In this document: one piece after another, positions 38,714 through 47,137 of the stretch
Layout of the letters: the number at the start of each line of letters is the position of its first letter
Numbering within the stretch: position 1 is the first letter of the stretch
Origin: an archaeon
Lineage (GTDB): Archaea; Nanobdellota; Nanobdellia; Woesearchaeales; UBA9642
NCBI GenBank assembly: GCA_020057295.1
Contig: JAGVGF010000006.1
Span: forward strand, 32,001-96,000
Direction of reading: 5' to 3'
Length of the DNA stretch: 64,000 nt
Notes under the pieces: generated by a model
Databases searched by the model: none
Told to the model about the DNA's origin: nothing
Seen by the model: only the letters and a program-made list of their open reading frames with translations
Made by a program: the position numbers and the translations under genes

Positions 38714-41473
38714 TTACTGCAGTTTAGGCAAGGTTATTTCTGGTGGTGTATTAAATTGATATTTTTCTTTAACAAAATATTTACTAATTTCCATCATTAT
38801 AAATCCAAGACAAGATATAGAAAGTATAATTATCCATTCCATAAATCCTAATGGGACAGTACCAAATACTTGCTGCAAAAACGGAACATATATCACGATT
38901 AATTGTATTCCTATAGAAGCTGCTATCCCTAATGATAACCATTTATTGCTTAATGGACTGATTTTTTTAAACGAAGCAAAACTTCTAGCACTCATTACTG
39001 CAAACATTTCAAACATTACAAGCGTAGTGAATGCTACTGTCTGTCCAAGTTGTAAATTACTTTTATAATATATACTAAATGCGAATAATGTTCCTAAACC
39101 CATAGCTACACCAAATATTAGTATAAGCCATAGCATTTGTTTTGTCAACGGATTCTCTTTAGGATTCCTCGGGCTATGCTTCATAACATCATCTTCTGCA
39201 GGTTCAGATCCTAAACCTAATGCTGGCAAGCCATCTGTCAATAAATTCATTAATAATAATTGTAAAGTAATTAAGGGTAACGGAAATGAGAGCAATACTG
39301 CAAAGAATACAGTAGTAACTTCACCGACATTGCAAGCCAATAAATATTTTGTCGACTTGATAATCCTATCATAAATATTTCTACCTTCAGCAATAGCATT
39401 GACTATGGTTGCAAAATTATCATCTGCAAGAATTGTTTTAGCAACCTCTTTACTAACATCAGTTCCTGAAATACCCATAGCTATACCTACATCAGCTTTT
39501 TTTAATGCTGGAGCATCATTTACACCATCACCAGTCATAGCAACAATGTGTCCTTTCTTTTGTAATGCTTCAACAATTCTAGTTTTTTGAATTGGAAGAG
39601 CTCTTGCGATTATCCTTATATTATCTATTTGTTGTTCTAATTCTAAGTTAGATAATTTGTCTAATTCTTGACCTGTTAATACTATATCACCATCACGTAA
39701 TAATCCTATCTGTCTACCTATAGCTTTAGCCGTCGTTGGATGATCTCCTGTAATCATCATAACTCTAATGCCTGCAGTACCACACTGCATTATAGCTTCC
39801 TTAACACCTTCTCTTGGAGGATCAATCATTCCAACAAGTCCTACAAAAATCAAATCTTTTTCAACACTAGAAACATCATATTTTTTTAAACTGCTAACGT
39901 CTCTATATGCAAGAGCTAAAACACGTAGTGAATCTTCAGCAAAGATATTATTAGAACGTAATATTCCATCTTTATCACTCTTAGTTATTAAACGTATTTT
40001 ACCATCAATTAGAATTTTACTACATGATCTTAAAATAAAATCTGGAGCTCCTTTAACATATGCTTCCGTTTTTTCATTAATATAATTTTCATATATTACA
40101 GACATTAATTTTCTATCCGAATCAAATGGTAATTCCTGAACTTTACTAAATGTACCTTCAAAATATTTTTCATCTAATTTACCTTTTCTTGCAAGTACAA
40201 TTAATGATCCTTCTGTAGGATCTCCGATTATCGACCATTTACCATCGCTACTGTCAGAACTTTTAGAGTCACCAGTATTGCTCACAAGTTTCGCATCATT
40301 ACACAAATATCCTATTCTAAACAACAATTCTAAGCCTTTTAGATTTTTATCATCTAAAACCTTATTATCAACAACAAATTCTCCAACAGGAGCATATCCT
40401 GAACCCTTTACTTCAATAACTTTTTTTCCAGTATACATTCTAGTTATAGTCATCTGATTTCTAGTTAATGTTCCTGTTTTATCAGAACATATTACTGTAA
40501 CAGCACCTAAACTTTCAGCAGCGGGTAATCTCTTGATAATCATATTTTTTGATGCTAATCGTTTTGCACCGCGTGACAAACTAATGGTTACTATTGCAGA
40601 TAATGCTGAAGGCACAGCAGCCACTGCTAAACTCAGAGAGAATATGAATAAACTCGCTAAGAATTTTCCCCACTGAACGTTACTTCTATCTAAAGTTATT
40701 AAACCTATAACAAATACTACAACAACTAATCCTAAAACTATATAAGTTAATTCTCTAGACATCTTTGCGAATTTTATTTCTAATGGTGTTGCAGTTTCTT
40801 CAATTTCTGAAATCGTTTGAGCTATCTTTCCAAATTCTGTTTTTTGACCTGTAAATGTAACAATTCCTTTACCATCTCCTCTAGTTACTATAGTTCCACT
40901 AAAAGCCATATTTTTTTGATCAGCGACAGATGATTCAGGTTTTAACTGTGTAACTAATTTTTTTGCAGGAACACTTTCCCCTGTTAGTGATGATTCATCA
41001 ATTTCTAAACTGTCAGAATCTATTAATCTAATATCTGCCGGGACAATATCTCCCTCCTCAATTAACACTATGTCTCCTGGTACTAATTCTCTTGAAGGAA
41101 TTTTTATTTCTCCACCATCTCTTAAGACTTTAGCATAAGGTGCACTAATTTTTTGTAATGCGTCCATTGCTTTTTCTGCACTGTATTCTTGAATAAACCC
41201 TAAAATAACACTTAATATTATTATTGCAAGTATCCCATAAAATTCTAGATGTTCTCCAACGAATAAACTTATTAGAGCAGCAGCAATTAAAAGCAATATC
41301 AAGAAATTTTTGAATTGATTAATAAATATTTTTAAGGCGGTGTTTTTGTTTTTTTTGTCTAATTCATTGAATCCATAATCTTTAATTCTCTTCTTAGCCT
41401 CAAGAGTATTTATTCCTTTATCATTAGAATTAAGTCTAAGAAATACATCTTTTACAGATTCATCAAAATACAA
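38714..41473 (-). CDS. P-type IIA-like cation ATPase with atypical TM4 (PSAL)
   Basis: TGES, CSDKTGT, KGAP, MITGD, TGDGVNDAP, NLLTDGLP. Confidence 0.93.
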   Translation of the reverse strand: MYFDESVKDVFLRLNSNDKGINTLEAKKRIKDYGFNELDKKNKNTALKIFINQFKNFLILLLIAAALISLFVGEHLEFYGILAIIILSVILGFIQEYSAEKAMDALQKISAPYAKVLRDGGEIKIPSRELVPGDIVLIEEGDIVPADIRLIDSDSLEIDESSLTGESVPAKKLVTQLKPESSVADQKNMAFSGTIVTRGDGKGIVTFTGQKTEFGKIAQTISEIEETATPLEIKFAKMSRELTYIVLGLVVVVFVIGLITLDRSNVQWGKFLASLFIFSLSLAVAAVPSALSAIVTISLSRGAKRLASKNMIIKRLPAAESLGAVTVICSDKTGTLTRNQMTITRMYTGKKVIEVKGSGYAPVGEFVVDNKVLDDKNLKGLELLFRIGYLCNDAKLVSNTGDSKSSDSSDGKWSIIGDPTEGSLIVLARKGKLDEKYFEGTFSKVQELPFDSDRKLMSVIYENYINEKTEAYVKGAPDFILRSCSKILIDGKIRLITKSDKDGILRSNNIFAEDSLRVLALAYRDVSSLKKYDVSSVEKDLIFVGLVGMIDPPREGVKEAIMQCGTAGIRVMMITGDHPTTAKAIGRQIGLLRDGDIVLTGQELDKLSNLELEQQIDNIRIIARALPIQKTRIVEALQKKGHIVAMTGDGVNDAPALKKADVGIAMGISGTDVSKEVAKTILADDNFATIVNAIAEGRNIYDRIIKSTKYLLACNVGEVTTVFFAVLLSFPLPLITLQLLLMNLLTDGLPALGLGSEPAEDDVMKHSPRNPKENPLTKQMLWLILIFGVAMGLGTLFAFSIYYKSNLQLGQTVAFTTLVMFEMFAVMSARSFASFKKISPLSNKWLSLGIAASIGIQLIVIYVPFLQQVFGTVPLGFMEWIIILSISCLGFIMMEISKYFVKEKYQFNTPPEITLPKLQ

Positions 41474-41603
41474 CAGCTCACCTCTAATACAATTAATGCA
41501 ATACTAGTATAAACCCGAAAACCATATTTATAAATATTCTTATTTATTTGAATAACAGGAACATAATAAGATTTATATATTAGAAATCTTCAGTTATTCT
41601 TAT

Positions 41604-42341
41604 ATGGTTGAAAAGGAAATCTCTGAAGAGGATTTGAAGAATATGTCTGCTGAAGAGATTGCAGAATTACAGAAACAAAATTGTATATTTTGTAAAATTG
41701 CTAGCAAGGAAATTCCTGCAAAAATAGTACACGAGGATTCTGATTGTATATGTATTCTCGATATTAATCCTGCATCTGAAGGACACATATTAGTATTTCC
41801 AAAAAAACATTATATGATTATGCCACATGTTCCTGAAGATATACTTGCTAAAATGTTTAAGAATGTTGAATTGATGTCACACACATTACTAAAAACATTA
41901 CAATGTAGAGGAACTACGGTGTTTGTTGCTAATGGAGTGGCTGCAGGTCAAAGAGCACCACATGTTCTTATACATGTTTTTCCTCGTCGAGAAAATGATG
42001 GTTTAGTTCAATTGCCTAAATATGAAATGAATGATGAACAAATTTCTAAATTAAAATCCTTGTTGAAACCTTATATTACACAAGTGTTTGGCGGAAAAAA
42101 ATCTACAATTAAAGAAGCTGAATTTATAGAGAAGAAAAACGAAAAGATAGAAGAAGATATTGTTAATGAAGAAGTTGTTAAAGAATTAAAAAATGATAAC
42201 GTAGAAGAAAAAGATTTGAAAAAAAATCTCAAGAAAAAATCCACAGATAATAAAAATAATGAAGATAAAAAAGAGATTAGCAAAGATAAAAACAAAGAAA
42301 AGAAATTAGATTTAGATGATATATCGAGGTTATTTGGATAA
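41604..42341 (+). CDS. HIT-like protein, middle triad His replaced (HVLIH), acidic/basic tail
   Basis: CIFCKI, LDINPASEGHILVFPKKH, AAGQRAPHVLIHVFPR. Confidence 0.85.
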   Translation: MVEKEISEEDLKNMSAEEIAELQKQNCIFCKIASKEIPAKIVHEDSDCICILDINPASEGHILVFPKKHYMIMPHVPEDILAKMFKNVELMSHTLLKTLQCRGTTVFVANGVAAGQRAPHVLIHVFPRRENDGLVQLPKYEMNDEQISKLKSLLKPYITQVFGGKKSTIKEAEFIEKKNEKIEEDIVNEEVVKELKNDNVEEKDLKKNLKKKSTDNKNNEDKKEISKDKNKEKKLDLDDISRLFG

Positions 42342-42883
42342 TGGAATGCGTTATTTGTAATAAAAATTTTGAAAATAATATTTTATTCGAAGATGATAAA
42401 ATTATAATAATGTTAGCTGTTGAACCATCAGTCAATGGACACATACAAATATTTTCTAGAGAACATCATACTATACTTGAGCAAGTGCCTCAAGATATTT
42501 TGAATTTAATGGTTAATGCTGCTAATAAAATTTCTATAATATTATTTGAATTATTAAAAGTTCACGGTACAAATATAATTGTTAATAATGGTGTTCCAGC
42601 GGGTCAAAAAATTCCGCATGTATCAATAGATATTTTACCTCGACGTACAGAAGATAATTTGAAACTTGATTGGACATTGAAACAAGCTCCTCCTGAAGCA
42701 CTTGATAGTATTCATAGAATTATTGAAGAGGGAATGAGTAAGTCTGACATTATAGCAGTTACAGATGATAAAAAAGAAGAATTCAAGAAAGAGATTAAAG
42801 AGGAAAAAGTCGAAGAAAGTAACGATCAACCTCGTGAAAAGAAAACTAATTATTATCAGCAGTTGTTTGAGAGAACTCCTTGA
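42341..42883 (+). CDS. Degenerate HIT-like protein (HVSID)
   Basis: CVIC, GHIQIFSREH, NGVPAGQKIPHVSIDILPR; TAATG overlap with previous gene. Confidence 0.8.
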   Translation: MECVICNKNFENNILFEDDKIIIMLAVEPSVNGHIQIFSREHHTILEQVPQDILNLMVNAANKISIILFELLKVHGTNIIVNNGVPAGQKIPHVSIDILPRRTEDNLKLDWTLKQAPPEALDSIHRIIEEGMSKSDIIAVTDDKKEEFKKEIKEEKVEESNDQPREKKTNYYQQLFERTP

Positions 42884-42989
42884 TTTTTATTAAAAAATTT
42901 GAGAAGTAAAGTTTTTTAAAATTTGTTAAAAAAATAAATTATCTATAATATTCTTCTAGAAATATTAGATCGGATTGCAAGCAATCAGA

Positions 42990-43184
42990 TTAGTATCCTT
43001 TCTTCTTCTTATAGCATTCTTTGCAAAAAACTGGTTTTCCTTCTGTTGGCTTGAATGGTACTTCACATTCTTGTCCACATTCAGAACACGTTGCTTTATG
43101 CATTTCTCTAGGGCCGAAATCTCTTCGGAAACCGCCACTGCTGCCTCCGCCTGAACTTCTACCGCCTCGATTGAATCCTTCCAT
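42990..43184 (-). CDS. CxxC-x17-CxxC zinc-binding protein
   Basis: Gly/Arg-rich N-terminus, REMHKATCSECGQECEVPFKPTEGKPVFCKEC. Confidence 0.9.
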   Translation of the reverse strand: MEGFNRGGRSSGGGSSGGFRRDFGPREMHKATCSECGQECEVPFKPTEGKPVFCKECYKKKKGY

Positions 43185-43244
43185 GCGCTTACGCCTCCAT
43201 TATAATATAAGGAAGAAACTACTAGTTATAAAGGTGACGGTATT

Positions 43245-44111
43245 TTAGAATATACCAGCATAATACATTATTATCGTTGCTATAAACGCCATTAAGAATG
43301 CAGGTATAAAGGGTATACCTTCCTTGATTGTTACTGTTTTAATCTTTCCTTTTGCAGCATATTTTTTTAATAATACTATTTGTTCTCTTGATATTCCTAA
43401 ATCTTTTGGTCCTGTAATGCGTTTTTTATCAATCCTTACATCCTTGTATATCCAGTCACCTTCTGTTAATTTAGATATCGATATGTCCTTGACCATACAG
43501 CTCTCCTCAATAACTTTTACAAATAACCACACATAAAACATTACATAGAACATCGCAACGAAAGATAAAAGTATCAGCCTAAATTGTTCTGGAATAAATA
43601 AAAATACGCATAATAGTAGAATTATTGTCGTGAATAACATTACTCTTCTGATTAATAATATTTGACTTTTTTGTGACCACTCTGCTAAGCTTTTAATAAA
43701 TATTTTACGATTTTTTATGGCAAGACCTATACTCCATATTAGTCCATAAATTGCACCAAATAATATTATATTTGCTAGTAGAATTAATATCCAAAAATTA
43801 TCTTGACCGAATAATGGAAAAAAATTAAATCCTAAGACAGCGCCGAGACCCATTATTAGTTTACTATCTCCACCACCCCATTGTCCCATATAAAACATCG
43901 CGTATGCTATTATAAGTCCTACTATAAAACCCATAATTGATTGTGATATATAGGTGTAATCTAAATATACTATAGAATATATAACCGATATTCCTAACGC
44001 AATAAATGTTAGACCATATGAAATATAATCAGGAACTTCTCTCTTCTTTATATCTGTAATTGTTGAGATTACAAGAGCAACAAATGCAATGATTATAGCA
44101 ATTAAAAGCAT
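43245..44111 (-). CDS. Prepilin/prearchaellin peptidase (A24, PibD/FlaK-like)
   Basis: TDIKKREVPD, WGGGDSKL, LTEGDW, GIPFIPAF. Confidence 0.9.
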   Translation of the reverse strand: MLLIAIIIAFVALVISTITDIKKREVPDYISYGLTFIALGISVIYSIVYLDYTYISQSIMGFIVGLIIAYAMFYMGQWGGGDSKLIMGLGAVLGFNFFPLFGQDNFWILILLANIILFGAIYGLIWSIGLAIKNRKIFIKSLAEWSQKSQILLIRRVMLFTTIILLLCVFLFIPEQFRLILLSFVAMFYVMFYVWLFVKVIEESCMVKDISISKLTEGDWIYKDVRIDKKRITGPKDLGISREQIVLLKKYAAKGKIKTVTIKEGIPFIPAFLMAFIATIIMYYAGIF

Positions 44112-44216
44112 AAATCATATTTCAAGGCAGAGTATTTAAAGTTTATGAGTTTTAGTAACTCCCCCATAATAACACAATATTTATATATTAGTATATCTTT
44201 TAGTATATTGGTTTAT

Positions 44217-44558
44217 ATGCAAATTCATAAAATCTGCAATTTGTGCGGAACTGGATCTGAGGAAACAGCAATATTTACGTGTAACTATGCTAAAGGCGAG
44301 TTACAGATATGTTTAGGCTGCCTAGCAGAAGGAATTCTAGAAACTGCTGCACAAAACAAACCTAAAATTCCTGCAACTAAACAAAATCCTGAAATAATCG
44401 ATCCGATGCTGTTCGATTTAAGCATTCCAGACGAAGTTTACGGCTTTGCCTGCGAATCATGTAAAAACATTCTATTCGCTGATTCATTTCCAGTACAATG
44501 TGAATCATGCCAACACATCAATCACGAACACGTTCTAGAAAGACAAATTAAAAAATAA
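44217..44558 (+). CDS. Double zinc-finger hypothetical protein
   Basis: Four CxxC pairs (CNLC, CLGC, CESC, CESC). Confidence 0.7.
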   Translation: MQIHKICNLCGTGSEETAIFTCNYAKGELQICLGCLAEGILETAAQNKPKIPATKQNPEIIDPMLFDLSIPDEVYGFACESCKNILFADSFPVQCESCQHINHEHVLERQIKK

Positions 44559-44571
44559 TCGAGACAATAAA

Positions 44572-44847
44572 ATGGAAGAAAAACACAGTTTATACATTGT
44601 AGGAATAGTTGGAATAGTAGCCGTTGTTGCACTAGTAATACTAACATTAGGCGGAAACCAAAACAACACATCAACATCAGAAGATCCAGCAGGACAAGCA
44701 ATGGTTGTTGCAGATAGCGTAGCAGGATGCTTCGTGTACTGTGATAATACATATGTTCCTCAAGGAGGAGCAGACGCTAGCGGAATACATCAAAACAGCG
44801 ATTGTAAAAATTGGTGCAGAGGATACTACAATAGATTCTTACAATAA
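44572..44847 (+). CDS. Small membrane-anchored Cys-containing protein
   Basis: LYIVGIVGIVAVVALVIL TM, AGQAM, CxxxC x2. Confidence 0.7.
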   Translation: MEEKHSLYIVGIVGIVAVVALVILTLGGNQNNTSTSEDPAGQAMVVADSVAGCFVYCDNTYVPQGGADASGIHQNSDCKNWCRGYYNRFLQ

Positions 44848-44898
44848 AGTATAATTTTTTTTCATTAACTTTTTAATTCTTTAAACATTTAATCAATC

Positions 44899-45528
44899 AT
44901 GAAAGATAAATTCGATTGGAAAAAAATCGATAAAATAGTATATGATAGACTTCATGATGAAAAATCTGGCCACGATTATTCTCACGTTAAAAGAGTTTTT
45001 AGTAACGCTATGATTATTGCAAAATCTGAAAAAAAAGTAGATTATGATATTCTAAAAGCCGCATGTTTACTACACGATATAACAATGATTAATCCTAAAA
45101 CTCATCATGTTGAAAGTTCTATAACAGCTGGAAAGATACTCAAAGATATGAACATATCTGATAATAATATTTTGAAAATTCAGCATTGTATAATTAATCA
45201 TAATAGAAATTTTGGCAAAGAAAAACCACTTCCAAAATCTAAATTATCTATTGAAGCTAAAATATTGGTTGATGCAGATAATATTGATGCATTAGGAAGC
45301 ATAGGGATTGTTCGTATGATACAATTTTCTACAAGGCAAGGAGTTCCATTGTTTCATTCCAAAAACGATAAATTAGATACTACATTATATGGTAACATGA
45401 AATTTATGATAAATATATCTAACAAAATGCTAACAGTTTCTGGAACAAAACTTGCAAAGACCAGAGTTAAAGTAATGAATGATTTTCAGAAATGCTTAGC
45501 TGATGAATGTAAACAATCACATTTATAA
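44899..45528 (+). CDS. HD-domain phosphohydrolase
   Basis: GHDYSHVKRV, LLHDI, DADNIDALG. Confidence 0.9.
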   Translation: MKDKFDWKKIDKIVYDRLHDEKSGHDYSHVKRVFSNAMIIAKSEKKVDYDILKAACLLHDITMINPKTHHVESSITAGKILKDMNISDNNILKIQHCIINHNRNFGKEKPLPKSKLSIEAKILVDADNIDALGSIGIVRMIQFSTRQGVPLFHSKNDKLDTTLYGNMKFMINISNKMLTVSGTKLAKTRVKVMNDFQKCLADECKQSHL

Positions 45529-45550
45529 AATAATAATTGTTTCTATGCAT

Positions 45551-45711
45551 TACCAATGATTTGTGAGGCTCGAATGAGCTGAATGAGGTATTATATTTCT
45601 AATGTAATACCAAAGGTATATAGGGAGAACTTTGTTATTAACCGATAGCTTCGATGAAGTCGAACTATCAGTTTTAATAAAACTTTTCCTAAAAGTTTTG
45701 GAGGAATAAAA
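45551..45711 (+). promoter_or_regulatory. Structured rpl7ae 5' leader with kink-turn motifs (probable L7Ae autoregulatory site)
   Basis: UACC-AAU-GA...GA-GGUA k-turn, second GA/GA around the GGCUC/GAGCU stem, long downstream hairpin; TATA at about 45522. Confidence 0.65.
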
Positions 45712-46011
45712 ATGGATCATAAAGGATACGAACTTGTTGAAATAGCAAGAAAAAGTGGAAAGATAAAGAAGGGAACTAATGAAGCAACTAAGATGGTTGA
45801 ACGTGGCACTGCAAAGGCAATAGTCTATGCAACAGACGTAACACCAAAAGAGATTGTGATGCATATTCCATTACTAGCAAAGGAAAAAGGCATACCATGC
45901 TTTGAAGTTCCTAGTAAGGAAGAGTTAGGTGCAGCAGCAGGTTTAACTAAACCAACAGCAGCTGTCGCAATAGTTGATGCAGGCGATGCTAAAGCATTAT
46001 TAAAAGAATAA
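45712..46011 (+). CDS. rpl7ae: Ribosomal protein eL8 / L7Ae
   Basis: GKIKKGTNEATK, VPSKEELGAAAGL. Confidence 0.95.
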   Translation: MDHKGYELVEIARKSGKIKKGTNEATKMVERGTAKAIVYATDVTPKEIVMHIPLLAKEKGIPCFEVPSKEELGAAAGLTKPTAAVAIVDAGDAKALLKE

Positions 46012-46028
46012 ATTTTGAGGTCTAAAAA

Positions 46029-46340
46029 ATGGCTGATAACAAAAAGAAACCTATGAAATTCGACAATGCTCCGCAGCAAACTACTGCAAGCGAAGAGCGT
46101 AAGGGTGGTAGTGTAAACTTCACTTTAGCTGTTCCTGCAAAAGTTGAGGAAGTTGTTGGAAGAACAGGTACAAGAGGAGAAGCCACACAAGTACGATGTA
46201 AAATCCTAGACGGCAGAGACAAAAACAAAAGTATGAGAAGAAACGTTCGAGGACCAGTACAAGTTGGCGATATATTAATGCTTAGAGAAACAGAAATCGA
46301 AGCAAGACCATTAAACAAGATGGGTAGAGGAAACCAATAA
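46029..46340 (+). CDS. rps28e: 30S ribosomal protein eS28 with N-terminal extension
   Basis: [36 protein letters not shown]. Confidence 0.93.
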   Translation: MADNKKKPMKFDNAPQQTTASEERKGGSVNFTLAVPAKVEEVVGRTGTRGEATQVRCKILDGRDKNKSMRRNVRGPVQVGDILMLRETEIEARPLNKMGRGNQ

Positions 46341-46350
46341 AGGTGAAAAT

Positions 46351-46530
46351 ATGAAATGCTCATTTTGCAATAATGAAATGTCAAAAGGCACTGGTAAAAT
46401 GTACGTAAAAGTATCAGGCCAAATACTTTATTTCTGTTCAAGTAAGTGTGAAAAGAATATGTTAAAATTAGAAAGAATACCACGAGAACAAAAGTGGGTC
46501 AATAATGCTGTTGAAAAGAAAACTAAGTGA
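46351..46530 (+). CDS. rpl24e: 50S ribosomal protein eL24 (not in ORF track)
   Basis: MKCSFC...GTGKMYVK..G.ILYFCSSKCEKN...PREQKW; ggtga SD. Confidence 0.95.
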   Translation: MKCSFCNNEMSKGTGKMYVKVSGQILYFCSSKCEKNMLKLERIPREQKWVNNAVEKKTK

Positions 46531-46534
46531 GAAG

Positions 46535-47059
46535 ATGACAGATAAACCAAAAGTAGATCCGAACGAACCAATAATGCAGAGAACATTAATATTGTTCAAA
46601 CCAGATTCTGTACAACGAGCAATCGTTGGAAAAGTCTTACAAAGATTTGAAGATGCAGGATTTAAGATTGTTGGTATGAAAATGCGATGGATTGATAGAA
46701 ATTTCGGTAAGAAACACTATTTTGATGTTGCACAAAGACATGGCGAAATTGTACTCAATAGATTATTGAACAGTATTACTGAAGGACCAGTAATTGCAAT
46801 GGTATTGGAAGGAATATCTGCGGTTGAACAGGTAAGAAAAATTGTTGGAAGTACAGAACCAAAATCAGCTACGCCTGGAACAATAAGGGGAGATTTCGCG
46901 CAACACTCGTATGCTGTTGCAGATAGCAAAGATGTCGGTATAAAAAACATCGTGCACTCTTCTGGAAGCTTGAAAGATGCAGAATATGAAATCGCATTAT
47001 GGTTTACACCAGACGAACTTCACACATACAAGACAGTACATGAAATACATGTATTTTAA
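46535..47059 (+). CDS. ndk: Nucleoside diphosphate kinase
   Basis: RTLILFKPD, PGTIRGDF, NIVHSS. Confidence 0.95.
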   Translation: MTDKPKVDPNEPIMQRTLILFKPDSVQRAIVGKVLQRFEDAGFKIVGMKMRWIDRNFGKKHYFDVAQRHGEIVLNRLLNSITEGPVIAMVLEGISAVEQVRKIVGSTEPKSATPGTIRGDFAQHSYAVADSKDVGIKNIVHSSGSLKDAEYEIALWFTPDELHTYKTVHEIHVF

Positions 47060-47137
47060 TTTTTTATTTTAATATACTATTATAATTAACTAAAAATATG
47101 GAGGTAGGAGAACATACACTTGTTTTCCTAAAACTTT

